A stretch of 61,603 bases of DNA, the filler included, from Coriobacteriales bacterium (GTDB taxonomy: Bacteria > Actinomycetota > Coriobacteriia > Coriobacteriales > UBA8131), in assembly GCA_031263105.1 (NCBI GenBank). It is 10 parts of 10 records of this genome, joined end to end, with 100 filler letters (N's around TTAATTAATTAA, not from the genome) between each part and the next. Parts side by side here need not be neighbours in the genome. Positions count along the whole stretch, not along the records: positions 40,213 to 46,322 come from JAISGJ010000066.1; positions 46,423 to 52,513 come from JAISGJ010000197.1; positions 52,614 to 56,366 come from JAISGJ010000021.1; 7 more parts are not named here. One strand, given 5' to 3'. The position numbers and the translations under genes are program-made. Positions 43,101 to 53,004 of the stretch are shown here, one piece after another (within the stretch, counting starts at the first letter, position 1; each line of letters starts with the position of its first letter). The notes beneath the pieces are model-generated. The model searched no databases. It had not been told where the DNA came from and was given only the letters and a program-made list of their open reading frames with translations.

Positions 43101-45509
43101 CTAGCGGGCGGCTTGGGGTGTAGCGCGATTGAGCCTACGCCGTCGCCCGAACCGGACGTCGCGGTGGGTGCGGCGGAGGAGAAGGTGTACTACAACCTGT
43201 GCCGTGGGAACTGCGGGGGCAGCTGCCCCTTGGAGGCGACGGTCCGTGAGGGGAAGGTCGTCAGGACAACCCCCCATGTCGCAGCCGAGATCAGGGAGAC
43301 GCAGCAGGGCTGCGTCAAGGGGCACACGAACCCGCAGAGGCTCTACGCCACTCACCGCGTCCTGCACCCGATGAGACAGACCGGGGAGCGCGGCTCGGAC
43401 AACTGGGAGCAGGTCAGCTGGGACGAGGCCATCTCGCTCGTGGCCGAGAAGTTCCAGGCTGCGTTCGACGACTACGGGGCGCAGTCGGTGGCCTTCTGGC
43501 ACTCGTTCTCGAACTACGCCTATCTGTGCGGCTCGCAGTCGAGCTCAGGGATGCCGAACACCACGCGCGCGAACGGCGGCAACGGCGTCGCCATGGAGCG
43601 CTTCCTGCAGAAGACGGGGGCCTCGCTCTTCACCCCCTCGTCGGACATGACGGGGCTCTACATGCAGTTCGGCGCGCTTTCCCTCTCCCCGAACTCGCAG
43701 GAGGACGTCGCGAACGCGAGGACTGTCTTGATCTGGGGGGCCAACCCGGCGGACACGATGCGCAGCGCCTGGCCCTTCATCTGCAAGGCCCGCGACAACG
43801 GCGCGACGATCGTGACGATCGACCCGCAGTACACGAACTCCGCTGCGCACTCCGACATCTGGCTGCCGGTACGGGGAGGGACCGACAGTGCGCTCATGCT
43901 GGCCATGTGCAACCACATCATCGACAACGACCTCATCGACCACGACTACCTCGCCAACAGCTCGGTCGCCCCCTTGCTCATCAAGGAGGACGGCAGCTAC
44001 CTGAAGCTCTCCGACTTGGGGATGGATCCCGTCGAGGGGCCGGAGGGCGCCGACGGCGAGCCGACGGAGCTGGACTCCGAGGTCGTCTGGGACGTGGCGG
44101 CAGGGGCCTTCGGCTCCTCCAGGACGGTCAGGGACCCAGCCGTCGAGGGCAGCTTCGACGCGGACGGCACCCCCGTGCGCACGGTATACGACTTGGTGCG
44201 GGAGCAGATCAGGCCCTTCACCGTCGAGTTCGCGGCGGAGGAGTGCGACCTGTCGGCGGAGAGGATCGTGGAGCTCGCCGAGCTCTACGCGACGAACAGG
44301 CCCTCCTCGGTCTGCACGCTCTGGGGCTTCGAGCACATGACCAACACCTATCACAACTACAAGAGCCTGGTGCTGCTCGGTGCGCTGACAGGCAACATCG
44401 GCAGGAAGGGGGCCTCGGTCTTTCAGCTCAGCGCGGCCAGCCGCTTCGCCCCGCCCCTGGTCCTGAACAAGGAGGACCTTGTCCTCCCGGACGCGAAGCC
44501 GACACGTGCGTTCACGGGCGAGTATCTGGAGACGCTGGTGAACACCGGAAAATGGGGGGACGAGGACTTCCCCATCCGCTGCGTCTACGTGATGAACGCC
44601 GACCCCTTGGCGAACGGGATAGGGAGGAAGGCGCTCATCGAGGCCTTCAAAAAGGTTGACTTCGCGGTCGTCGCCGACTCATTCCTCACCGACACCGCGA
44701 GGTATGCGAGCCTGGTCCTCCCCGTCACGATGTCGTGGGAGTGCGAGGACCACAACGGGACGTTCATGAACCAGAAGGCGGTGGAGCCTGCCGGCGAGTG
44801 CAGGAACGACATGGCGATCATGCGGGCGCTCTCGGAGCAGATGGGCTTCCCCGAGCTCTACGAGAAGAGCGACGAGGAGTTCCTGCGCACCCTGCTCGAC
44901 ACCTCCGAGAACCTCGAGGCGGGCTGGGGCTACGACGACTTCAAGGAGAAGGGGCTCATCGAGGACTATGCGTATGCGGAGTCGATAGGGGCGGAGTACA
45001 ACCCCACGGGCCGTTCGATCTTCTACATGGCGAACCCCGTCCCCTGCGACGACTACGGCCAGCTCTTCGGCGACGAGGTGCGCATACCTTGGTACGAGCA
45101 TTCGACGGAGGCGTACAGGGACAACCCTCTGCGGGAGACCTACCCCCTGTTCTGCATGAGCTGCCACGACAACTACCAGGCGCACTCCACGCACATGAAG
45201 CTGGCATGGCTCGACGAGATCAGAGGACCCGCCGTGCGGATCCACGAGGCGACGGCCGCCGAGCGCAACATCGCGAACGGGGACATCGTCAGGGTCTTCA
45301 ACGACCGAGGCTTCGTCGTGCTCAAAGCGGTGCTGACCCAGGGGATACGACCGGACACGGTGCTCATCCCGCACGGCTTCCACGAGAGCGACTACGTCGC
45401 CGGGCACCACCAAGACCTGACGCTGCTCGCCCTCGATGCCTTTACCAGCAACAACAACTTCAATGACATGCTTTGCCAAGTCGAGCGGTACGAAGGAGGC
45501 GCACAATGA
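43101..45509 (+). CDS. DMSO-reductase-family molybdopterin oxidoreductase lacking start, RBS and twin-arginine leader
   Basis: CRGNCGGSC..C Fe-S motif, WGANP, GGTD, TGNIG, DTARYA; begins at LAGGLGC with in-frame TAA at 43056. Confidence 0.85.
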   Translation, partial: LAGGLGCSAIEPTPSPEPDVAVGAAEEKVYYNLCRGNCGGSCPLEATVREGKVVRTTPHVAAEIRETQQGCVKGHTNPQRLYATHRVLHPMRQTGERGSDNWEQVSWDEAISLVAEKFQAAFDDYGAQSVAFWHSFSNYAYLCGSQSSSGMPNTTRANGGNGVAMERFLQKTGASLFTPSSDMTGLYMQFGALSLSPNSQEDVANARTVLIWGANPADTMRSAWPFICKARDNGATIVTIDPQYTNSAAHSDIWLPVRGGTDSALMLAMCNHIIDNDLIDHDYLANSSVAPLLIKEDGSYLKLSDLGMDPVEGPEGADGEPTELDSEVVWDVAAGAFGSSRTVRDPAVEGSFDADGTPVRTVYDLVREQIRPFTVEFAAEECDLSAERIVELAELYATNRPSSVCTLWGFEHMTNTYHNYKSLVLLGALTGNIGRKGASVFQLSAASRFAPPLVLNKEDLVLPDAKPTRAFTGEYLETLVNTGKWGDEDFPIRCVYVMNADPLANGIGRKALIEAFKKVDFAVVADSFLTDTARYASLVLPVTMSWECEDHNGTFMNQKAVEPAGECRNDMAIMRALSEQMGFPELYEKSDEEFLRTLLDTSENLEAGWGYDDFKEKGLIEDYAYAESIGAEYNPTGRSIFYMANPVPCDDYGQLFGDEVRIPWYEHSTEAYRDNPLRETYPLFCMSCHDNYQAHSTHMKLAWLDEIRGPAVRIHEATAAERNIANGDIVRVFNDRGFVVLKAVLTQGIRPDTVLIPHGFHESDYVAGHHQDLTLLALDAFTSNNNFNDMLCQVERYEGGAQ

Positions 45510-46132
45510 CACGCTTAGGTATGGCGGTGGACAAGACCCGCTGCGTCGCCTGCAACAACTGCGCGATGGCCTGCAAGGTGGAGAACAACCTGCCCGACGG
45601 CGTCTGGTGGAACAAGGCGGTCACGGTCGGCGGCGAGGAGATGTACACCCCCTCCGGCACCTACCCCGACGGCCTGGAGATGGGCTTCTACACCCTCGCC
45701 TGCCAGCACTGCGCCAACCCCGCCTGTGTGGCTGTCTGCCCCGTCGAGGCGATAGTGCGCCGCCCGGAGGACGGCATCGTCGTCCAGGACAACGAGAAGT
45801 GCATCGGGTGCAGGCTCTGTATCGAGGCCTGCCCCTACGAGGGCGTGCGCACCTATATAGACGGCGAGCCGCAGTTTCACCTGGACTTCGCCGTCGGGGA
45901 TGCGGCCGCCCTGCCGCACTACCCGAACGTGGTGGAGAAGTGCCAGCTCTGCGTGCACCGCATCGACCGCGGCGAGCGGCCCGCCTGCGTCGACATATGC
46001 AGGGCGATGGCGCGCCTCTTCGGCGACCTGGACGACCCCGCCTCCGAGATATCCAAGGCGCTCGCCTCGCGCACAAGCGAGCAGCTGCTCACCGAGCAGG
46101 GCACCGGCCCGAACGTGTACTTCCTGACCTGA
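45506..46132 (+). CDS. 4Fe-4S dicluster electron-transfer subunit (DmsB-like)
   Basis: Four CxxC clusters. Confidence 0.92.
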   Translation: MTRLGMAVDKTRCVACNNCAMACKVENNLPDGVWWNKAVTVGGEEMYTPSGTYPDGLEMGFYTLACQHCANPACVAVCPVEAIVRRPEDGIVVQDNEKCIGCRLCIEACPYEGVRTYIDGEPQFHLDFAVGDAAALPHYPNVVEKCQLCVHRIDRGERPACVDICRAMARLFGDLDDPASEISKALASRTSEQLLTEQGTGPNVYFLT

Positions 46133-46484
46133 GTGCGGGGCGGTCTTCGGGGTCTCTGTCGGCCCCTGCCAACCCTCCCACCGTCATCCCGGCGCAGCGC
46201 TTTCTGCCCGGGGTGACGGGGGGGGGGGGGGGGGGGGGGGGGGTTTGGCCCCGGTGGGGACGACACTAATCGGGACGATGGGGGATGTCGGCCAAAGCGC
46301 GATCCCCGGAAAGGGGCGGGGCNNNNNNNNNNNNNNNNNNNNNNNNNNNNNNNNNNNNNNNNNNNNTTAATTAATTAANNNNNNNNNNNNNNNNNNNNNN
46401 NNNNNNNNNNNNNNNNNNNNNNCCCGCTCGTTGATAGCTGACACCAGGCAGGCGGGGTGCACCATTTTGACGGCTTCTGTTCTC

Positions 46485-46718
46485 GTTACTGACACCCTCA
46501 CTGTCATTCCGAGCCCCGCCGAGGAATCTTTGGACACGCAGTGTCCAACGGCAGGTCAGGGGGCCCTTCGACCTGCGGTCGACCGCTGGCGCGGTCGAGG
46601 ATCCCTCGACAGGCTCGGGATGACAGTGGGGCTCGGGATGACAGTGGGGCTCGGGTAGATGACAGTGGGGCTCGGGATGACAGTGGGGCTCGGGTAGATG
46701 ACAGTGGGGTGTGAACAC
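46485..46718. repeat. MITE copy flanked by CTGTTCTC direct repeat
   Basis: DR at 46477-46484 and 46719-46726. Confidence 0.85.
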
Positions 46719-46840
46719 CTGTTCTCTGCGTCTCCCGAGGACTTTTTTGCACACGTTGCGGAGAGCCTGCGCCTCTGCTACCATCACATGCAGGAACGTA
46801 TGAGCGCAGCATACGAACAACCGGAACTTGGATAGGCCTT

Positions 46841-47647
46841 ATGAGCGAACCGACGACCCCGACAAGACGAACGCGCGTTATCGCCAGAACCGCGACGAGC
46901 CGCGCAACACCGCAAACGCAGGCAGGCGCCCCAGACCGCGAGCGACGCGCGGCCCCCTCTGAGCGCAGGCCGCGTTTCAGCAGGCTCCAGATCATCATAG
47001 GAGTGGTAGTCGTCTTTCTGCTTGTCGACGCAGTGCTGCTGGCGTTTTTCCTCAACAGGACGACTGTCCCGTCCACGTCCCCTCCCATTGACCTCTACCG
47101 CCTCATCCAGAGCCAGATAGCAAGCAACAGGAACATCGCTGAGCTGGGCTCCGACCTGACATTGACCTTTACGGATTATCCCGGCCTGTCGATAGTCAAC
47201 ACCTCCAGCCTCAAGCCCATCGAGGACGACGTCCTCGCGCAGGGCGCGGGGCCCGAGGGGACAGACGTCCTCTACGACGAGCAGATCGTCAAGCGAGTGC
47301 TCGCATTCAACTCGGACTGGGTCAACTACCTCATGTTCAAGGACACGGCGGTCCTCGCCTCCGTCGAAGAGGGAAGCGCGGCTGCCTCCAAGCTCGCCGA
47401 GCTGGGCGCAGGTTCGGAGCAGGTCTCCTATCACCGGCTTGCCCTCGGCGACCTGCGCCATGTCGGCCAGCACTACTACCTCATCGCCCGAGCAAGCTAT
47501 ACCCTGACCAAGGAGGGCCAGTTGGATCTCCACGACGAGGTCTTCGTCTACAAGCTGGTCGCAGCGCAGGACTCCATGCTCATCACCGACTTCGAGCAGA
47601 TCTCCCTCGGCGTCACGGACGTCCTGTCCAGGCGTCCGACCAGCTAG
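46841..47647 (+). CDS. Single-pass membrane protein, unknown function
   Basis: Basic N-terminus, one TM helix, typical codon usage. Confidence 0.7.
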   Translation: MSEPTTPTRRTRVIARTATSRATPQTQAGAPDRERRAAPSERRPRFSRLQIIIGVVVVFLLVDAVLLAFFLNRTTVPSTSPPIDLYRLIQSQIASNRNIAELGSDLTLTFTDYPGLSIVNTSSLKPIEDDVLAQGAGPEGTDVLYDEQIVKRVLAFNSDWVNYLMFKDTAVLASVEEGSAAASKLAELGAGSEQVSYHRLALGDLRHVGQHYYLIARASYTLTKEGQLDLHDEVFVYKLVAAQDSMLITDFEQISLGVTDVLSRRPTS

Positions 47648-47698
47648 GCCCTGCCCTGCCAGCCAGTCCGCCGTCCCAGCCCCATCTTCGCCCCTGCG

Positions 47699-47964
47699 GT
47701 TACCGTTCACACCCCACTGCTACCCGAACCCTCACTGTCATCCCGAGCGCCCACTGTCATCCCGAGCGCCCACTGTCATCCCGAGCGCCCACTGTCATCC
47801 CGAGCGCCCACTGTCATCCCGAGCCTGTCGAGGGATCCTCGACCGCGCAAGCGGTCGACTGCAGCCGAAAGACGCCTCGACCTGCGGTCGGCTGCTTCGC
47901 AACCGAAGATTCCTCGGCTTCGCTTCGCTGCGCTCGGAATGACAGTGGGGGCGCGTACAGTAAC
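47699..47964. repeat. MITE copy
   Basis: GTTACCGTTCACACCCC...GTACAGTAAC. Confidence 0.88.
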
Positions 47965-48052
47965 TCCCAGCTGCCCCCAGATTCCCAATCGCTCTGCCCG
48001 CTGCCTTGCGATGGTGCGGCATCACGTTTAGAATGATATCCTGACATCGGAT

Positions 48053-48127
48053 GGGCGATTAGCTCAGCGGGAGAGCGCTGCCTTCACACGGCAGAAGTCA
48101 ACGGTTCAAATCCGTTATCGCCCACCA
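48053..48127 (+). tRNA. tRNA-Val (CAC), probable integration site
   Basis: Cloverleaf, anticodon CAC, CCA end; integrase converges on it. Confidence 0.95.
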
Positions 48128-48236
48128 TCGAATCCGCAGGTCAGGGGCTATATTTTCTTCTGTCCTCTCTGTCTTCAAATGTCAAAAACTCCGTTACTGT
48201 CATGGAACTATCATGGTGATTTCGGAGCGCCCCTTC

Positions 48237-49490
48237 TCAGAGGTTCACCACCTGCCCCATCTTTGGTGCCGGTTGGGCCATCAGCTCGCCGATGATTGCC
48301 GCCGCCTTCTCGTCGTCCTCGCGCTGGGCGTGGGCGTACAGGTCGAGCGTGATGCCAACGCTGGCATGACCGAGGCGGCTTGATACCGCCTTGATGTTCA
48401 GTCCGCTCGATACGAGCATCGTTGCGTGCGTGTGTCTGAGGTCGTGGAACCTCAGCCCCTCGAAGCCGTAGCGCTCCTGAAACCTGCGCCACCACCTATC
48501 GAGGTTGTTGCCCTCCATGCGGCTGCCTGTCTCGGTGCTGATTACGGGTGTCTCTGCGCCCTGCCCGATGCCGAGGCTGAAGAGGTACTCTGCCTGCTGC
48601 TGCTTCCACCGCTTCAGGTCGGCGAGCATCCGACCGTCGAGCGATATTGTCCTGTTGCTGGTGGCCGTCTTGGGGGGCTTCAGCTCGCCGGACGTGTTGC
48701 AGAGCGTGTTGCGTATGTAGATGGTGGCGCTTTCAAGGTCAACGTCGCGCCACGACAGCCCCAGCACCTCTCCACGTCGAAGCCCGGCGGCCAGCGCCAG
48801 ACGTGCGGCAGCAACGTGGGACATGTCCGAGGTCTGCTGTTGCCGCTCCGACCTCGCCAGCGGGTAGTCCTTTGACTCTGCGTCGCCCAGGGCCTCCACG
48901 AGCCGCGCAACGCCCGCCTTGTCCAAGGCGCTGCCCCTCGCAGGCTTCGTCAGCTTTGGGGCCTCCACACGGTCGCAGGGGTTGCGTAGGATGATGTCGT
49001 CGTTGACCGCCTGCCGCAGTATCTGCTTGAGGGCGACGGCGACCTTTGCCACCGACTGCGGCCCCAGACCCTCACGCGAGAACGCGGCGTACAGGTTGCG
49101 CACCGTGGTCGCGTCGATGTCCCCCAGCTGCACGCCGCCCAGATGGCGCACGAGGTGCTTGATTGTGTACTTGTCACGCGCGATTGTTGACGGTGCCAAC
49201 CTGCCCGACACCTCGCGGGAATCCTTCCACTGCCGCGCGTACTCCCCAAACGTGGCCTTGTCTGCATCGACCTTAAGACCGTACTCGAGCTCGCGCTTGA
49301 ACTCGGAGAGCGCCCGCCGCGCCTCGGTCTTTGTACCGCTGAAATGACGGCACTTCTGGACGAGCTTCTTTTTGTTCTCTTTGTCCAGCGGGTCGTAGCC
49401 AAGCGACAGAATCAGTTGCCACGAGTTCTTGACGGGCTCTCCCTTATTGTTCTTGACCTGTCGGACACAGCCGGTACCTTTGATTCTCAT
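48237..49490 (-). CDS. Tyrosine integrase
   Basis: GLRRGEVLGL, K, FHDLRH, RLGH, Y catalytic residues. Confidence 0.95.
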   Translation of the reverse strand: MRIKGTGCVRQVKNNKGEPVKNSWQLILSLGYDPLDKENKKKLVQKCRHFSGTKTEARRALSEFKRELEYGLKVDADKATFGEYARQWKDSREVSGRLAPSTIARDKYTIKHLVRHLGGVQLGDIDATTVRNLYAAFSREGLGPQSVAKVAVALKQILRQAVNDDIILRNPCDRVEAPKLTKPARGSALDKAGVARLVEALGDAESKDYPLARSERQQQTSDMSHVAAARLALAAGLRRGEVLGLSWRDVDLESATIYIRNTLCNTSGELKPPKTATSNRTISLDGRMLADLKRWKQQQAEYLFSLGIGQGAETPVISTETGSRMEGNNLDRWWRRFQERYGFEGLRFHDLRHTHATMLVSSGLNIKAVSSRLGHASVGITLDLYAHAQREDDEKAAAIIGELMAQPAPKMGQVVNL

Positions 49491-49506
49491 GGTCGTTCAG
49501 CTCCTT

Positions 49507-50511
49507 TCAAAAGACTCGTCCCCAAACCGCTTCTTCATCTGCTGCTGCCTCTTCGTCTGCTGCTGCTTCTGCTTCCTTGATATATTCCTCCACGTCCTTT
49601 ATGCCAAGGCATCTGTAGGGACGCTCGTTGTTCTCGCCCTTCCACCGCATCTCGCGGGCCTTGGCTTCCCGCTTGTCTTTGTCCTTCATGCCTTCGTTGG
49701 GGGATTTGTACAGCCTTTTAAGCTCGTTGTGGTACCTGTCTATGTGGGGCTTGCTACAGGCTTTGGGCGGCTTCCCTGCCTTCCGGCCCTCGGAGCGCTC
49801 CACCACCTTGCCGCAGACGGGGCACAGGCGGGGGGAGTGGCTGCGCCCGAGCTGGGACAGCGACAGCCACGCATCTTCGATTACTGGCCATACCCCTCCC
49901 TTTGGCGGGGCTGCGAACTCAGACGTGCCGTCGAATGTGCCGATGTAGCGGTGCGGGGCGAAGTGGTTTGCAATCAGCTCGCCCGAGAGGCGTACCAGCT
50001 CGCGGGCTTCCGTTTCGTCTCCTACTCCGTGAGCGTCAAGCGTGAACACTTGGCACGCCCCCTCTTTAATGAGTCTTCTTGTTGCGAGGACAGACCACCT
50101 CTGCTCGAAGCTGCGCGGCACGTCCACCGAGCGCGGCACGTGCGGCAGGAGTCTCTCATTCGGTGACACCTCATCAGGCGGAGGCTCCACACGTGGCAGA
50201 AGCACCTTGACCTCCATATGGCCCACCGGTGCCTGCAAGACTTCGTCAATGTTGTGTGAAGCAATCCGCGTGTTGTCGGCAGCAATCTGCGTGAAATAGT
50301 CGATGTCCTTTAGGCACGCCCAGCCGTTCCCGTATGCGATGAGGCTGACCGCTCGATAGAGGTTCTCACAGTCAATCTCCACCGCAGGAGTGCAGTGACG
50401 CTCCCCGCCCTTCAATAGCAAGGGGTACTCTCTCCGGGCAATCGCCTTGTACTTCGTCAGGGTATGGGCGTTCGCGAGCTGGGCATATCCGTATTCCTGC
50501 CTTGCCGTCAT
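49507..50511 (-). CDS. Hypothetical protein with C-terminal Zn-finger-like motif
   Basis: CPVCGK..CSKPH; SD AAGGAGG. Confidence 0.7.
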   Translation of the reverse strand: MTARQEYGYAQLANAHTLTKYKAIARREYPLLLKGGERHCTPAVEIDCENLYRAVSLIAYGNGWACLKDIDYFTQIAADNTRIASHNIDEVLQAPVGHMEVKVLLPRVEPPPDEVSPNERLLPHVPRSVDVPRSFEQRWSVLATRRLIKEGACQVFTLDAHGVGDETEARELVRLSGELIANHFAPHRYIGTFDGTSEFAAPPKGGVWPVIEDAWLSLSQLGRSHSPRLCPVCGKVVERSEGRKAGKPPKACSKPHIDRYHNELKRLYKSPNEGMKDKDKREAKAREMRWKGENNERPYRCLGIKDVEEYIKEAEAAADEEAAADEEAVWGRVF

Positions 50512-50670
50512 GAACCCTCCTTACAAAATATCGCGACGATTTTTGTCAATTTCACTCACGAGAACGCTTGACTAAAAAAGGCTCGGAGAACAAAATGCAG
50601 TAATGATAACTTGTAATTTCATTTTACAGGTATCTTGCCAATTGTCAAGGATGAAGCGAAAGGAGCACAC

Positions 50671-50880
50671 ATGACAATCAGGCTCTGTGTCGAACGGAAG
50701 GCGTTGGGCCTCTCGCAGGCGAGACTTGCGGCAGCCACCCCGAGTATGCACCCGTCCAGCGTCTGCCAGATTGAGGCGGGGAGGATGCCGGGCTTCAAGC
50801 AGCGTCACCTTCTCGAAGCCGCCATGCGAGAGGCAGGCTGGGACGGCGAAGGAGACCTGTTCGAGCAGGTGGAGCAATGA
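50671..50880 (+). CDS. Cro/XRE HTH protein
   Basis: RKALGLSQARLA..SVCQIEAG; SD AAGGAG. Confidence 0.82.
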   Translation: MTIRLCVERKALGLSQARLAAATPSMHPSSVCQIEAGRMPGFKQRHLLEAAMREAGWDGEGDLFEQVEQ

Positions 50881-51149
50881 AAGGCACAGTAGAAGACGGG
50901 GCGCTGGCCTCCCGCCAAGAAGCACCAGCGCCCCCATTGACCTCCACGAATGAGGGCAACAACGGTATTCTATCAGGTCTGCCCCCCGTCCTCACGCTGG
51001 AACAGACCGCCAAGGCATTGCAGATACCCCTCACGACAGCCCGGCAGATGTGCAGGACGGAGCGCTTGCCGGCCTTCAAGGTCGGTCAGCAATGGCGCGT
51101 CGTTCGGTCACTGCTGACCGACCGCATCACAAGCGGCGGTGTGCTATGA
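50877..51149 (+). CDS. Excisionase-like HTH
   Basis: VLTLEQTAKALQI..LPAFKVGQQWRV. Confidence 0.85.
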   Translation: MKGTVEDGALASRQEAPAPPLTSTNEGNNGILSGLPPVLTLEQTAKALQIPLTTARQMCRTERLPAFKVGQQWRVVRSLLTDRITSGGVL

Positions 51150-52426
51150 CGGACAGCATACAGAAGGGGCCTGTAATCGGCTCTGACGACCCCACAGGGG
51201 CAATGCCGGGGCAGCAGGCGATGGCCGCCACAGACAACCCATTGCTCAAAGCAGCCCTCCGATATGCGGGACATGGGCTTGCAGTGTTCCCGTCAGCCCC
51301 CGGCGAGCAGGAGCCGCACGGCCTCAAGGACGCCACCTGCGACCCTGAGCGCATACGGGGGTTCTGGCAGGCCGAGCCTGATGCGAACGTCGGCATAGCC
51401 TGCGGCGCTGTGTCGGGCGGTCTTTGGGTTCTTGAGGCCGACGGCAAGGAGACGCTGAGGCTATGGTCGGAGGAGGGCGGCGTGACCCCGCCCGAGTCGC
51501 CCGTCGCCATCACCGGCGGCGGCAGGTTTCACCACTACTTCAGAAGCAGGGTGCCCCTCCGCTCTAGGGGCGGCATCATGCCCGGCATCGACATTGTAGG
51601 CGAGGGCGGCCACGTGCTCGCGCCTCCCAGCGTCTGCCCCTCCGGCAGCCCCTGCACATGGGCGAAGACCTACGCATGGGCGGCTGGCGCTGGTGTGGCC
51701 GATGCCCCCAAGGCCGGGGCAAGGAGTGACGGCGCTCACTGGACACCCGCAAATATGGATTCCGTTGACCTGCTCACGCCCTACCTTACGATGCCCCGCT
51801 GGGTGTGCTGGCGTTACAGACAATATCAGGGCGAGCCGAAGCCCCGCAAGGTGCCCGTCGCGGTTCGCGGCCCCTCTCGCGGCAGACAGACCTCCGCAGC
51901 AGCCAAGGCGCTGTCTTACGACGACAGCAGGTACTGCCCGGACGAATGGGGGACCTACCAAGATGCCATGAGGGAGTGCGCCCGCTCCGAGTGCGACGGC
52001 ATCGGCATCGTCTTGGGGAACGGCTTGGTGGGCATCGACATAGACGGGCGCAGCGAGGCCGACCCCGCCGTCACGAGAATAGTTAACGTGATGGAAAGCT
52101 ACACCGAGCGCAGCCCCAGCGGGAGCGGGCTTCATGTCCTCTGCGCCGTCGGGCAACGCACGCTCGGCCAGCTTGAAGGGTTCCGCAGCAAGAACGAAGG
52201 TGAGGGCTTTGAGTTCTACTGGCACAGCAGGTACTTCACCTTCACGGGCGATGTGCTGTTGGAGGCACCCGTCGAGACGCGCGACGAGGAGGCGCTGGCC
52301 TTCTGCAAGCATTATATGTCCAGAGGCGCAGGCACCGCCCGAAGCTCCAAAGCCGCTCCCGCGAACCGCACGGCGAGACAGAGGGCAACATGGGAGCCTA
52401 GGGAAGCGCCGATTTATTCCCCCTGA
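51146..52426 (+). CDS. Tandem primase-polymerase protein (Prim-Pol plus NrS-1-like AEP)
   Basis: PDANVGIACG..HHYF..PGID..VLAPPS, then WVCW..KVP..GIDID..SPSGSGLH..YFTFTG. Confidence 0.75.
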   Translation: MTDSIQKGPVIGSDDPTGAMPGQQAMAATDNPLLKAALRYAGHGLAVFPSAPGEQEPHGLKDATCDPERIRGFWQAEPDANVGIACGAVSGGLWVLEADGKETLRLWSEEGGVTPPESPVAITGGGRFHHYFRSRVPLRSRGGIMPGIDIVGEGGHVLAPPSVCPSGSPCTWAKTYAWAAGAGVADAPKAGARSDGAHWTPANMDSVDLLTPYLTMPRWVCWRYRQYQGEPKPRKVPVAVRGPSRGRQTSAAAKALSYDDSRYCPDEWGTYQDAMRECARSECDGIGIVLGNGLVGIDIDGRSEADPAVTRIVNVMESYTERSPSGSGLHVLCAVGQRTLGQLEGFRSKNEGEGFEFYWHSRYFTFTGDVLLEAPVETRDEEALAFCKHYMSRGAGTARSSKAAPANRTARQRATWEPREAPIYSP

Positions 52427-52451
52427 GCGCACCGCTTGCGTCAATCGTGTT

Positions 52452-52484
52452 ATGTGGCCCGCCTTGGCGGGCCACATTTTTTTT
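52452..52484 (+). terminator. Intrinsic terminator
   Basis: 12-bp stem ATGTGGCCCGCC/GGCGGGCCACAT plus T run. Confidence 0.8.
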
Positions 52485-52613
52485 GATAGGCCCTGATATC
52501 GGCAAGAACATAANNNNNNNNNNNNNNNNNNNNNNNNNNNNNNNNNNNNNNNNNNNNTTAATTAATTAANNNNNNNNNNNNNNNNNNNNNNNNNNNNNNN
52601 NNNNNNNNNNNNN

Positions 52614-52633
52614 GCCAGTTCCGCCACACCCGC
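52614..52633 (-). tRNA. 5' fragment of probable tRNA-Leu cut by contig end
   Basis: GCGGGTGTGGCGGAACTGGC. Confidence 0.55.
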
Positions 52634-52716
52634 ACGCACAAGGGGGTATGGTACCATATTGGCTCTGCTTTTTCCACCTGCTTTTGCAACGCACATTTTC
52701 CGCATGGCGTTTCGTG

Positions 52717-52879
52717 GTTACTGTTCACACCCACCCGGTCATCCCGAGCCTGTCGTGGGATCTTCGACCGCGCACGCGGTCGACTGCGGGCCGAAGGGTC
52801 CCCTGGCCTGCCGTTGGACACTGCGTGTCCAAAGATTCCTCGACGAGCTCGGAATGACAGTGGGGGTGTGAGCAGTAAC
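52717..52879. repeat. MITE copy
   Basis: GTTACTGTTCACACCC...GGGTGTGAGCAGTAAC. Confidence 0.88.
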
Positions 52880-53004
52880 GCTGCCCCTGCGGCCCCTTTC
52901 CCTGCTCGCATCCAAGCTTGAGGAATCATGGCAGATGTGGGTATAATAAAGCCACTGATTTGCCTATTGCAATCTTCTGGATTCGAGGTAAGGAGACGAG
53001 AGGC

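Larger units (their letters stand above)
48128..52513. mobile_element. Integrative element or phage satellite at tRNA-Val (right end not on contig)
   Basis: int, unknown gene, divergent HTH, xis, primase layout; arm-like ACTRTCATGG repeats near 48198-48218. Confidence 0.8.

Noticed and set aside
48194..48218. GTTACTGTCAT near att resembling the MITE end, implying integrase mobilises the MITE
   Set aside because: Match too short; better explained as an arm-type repeat
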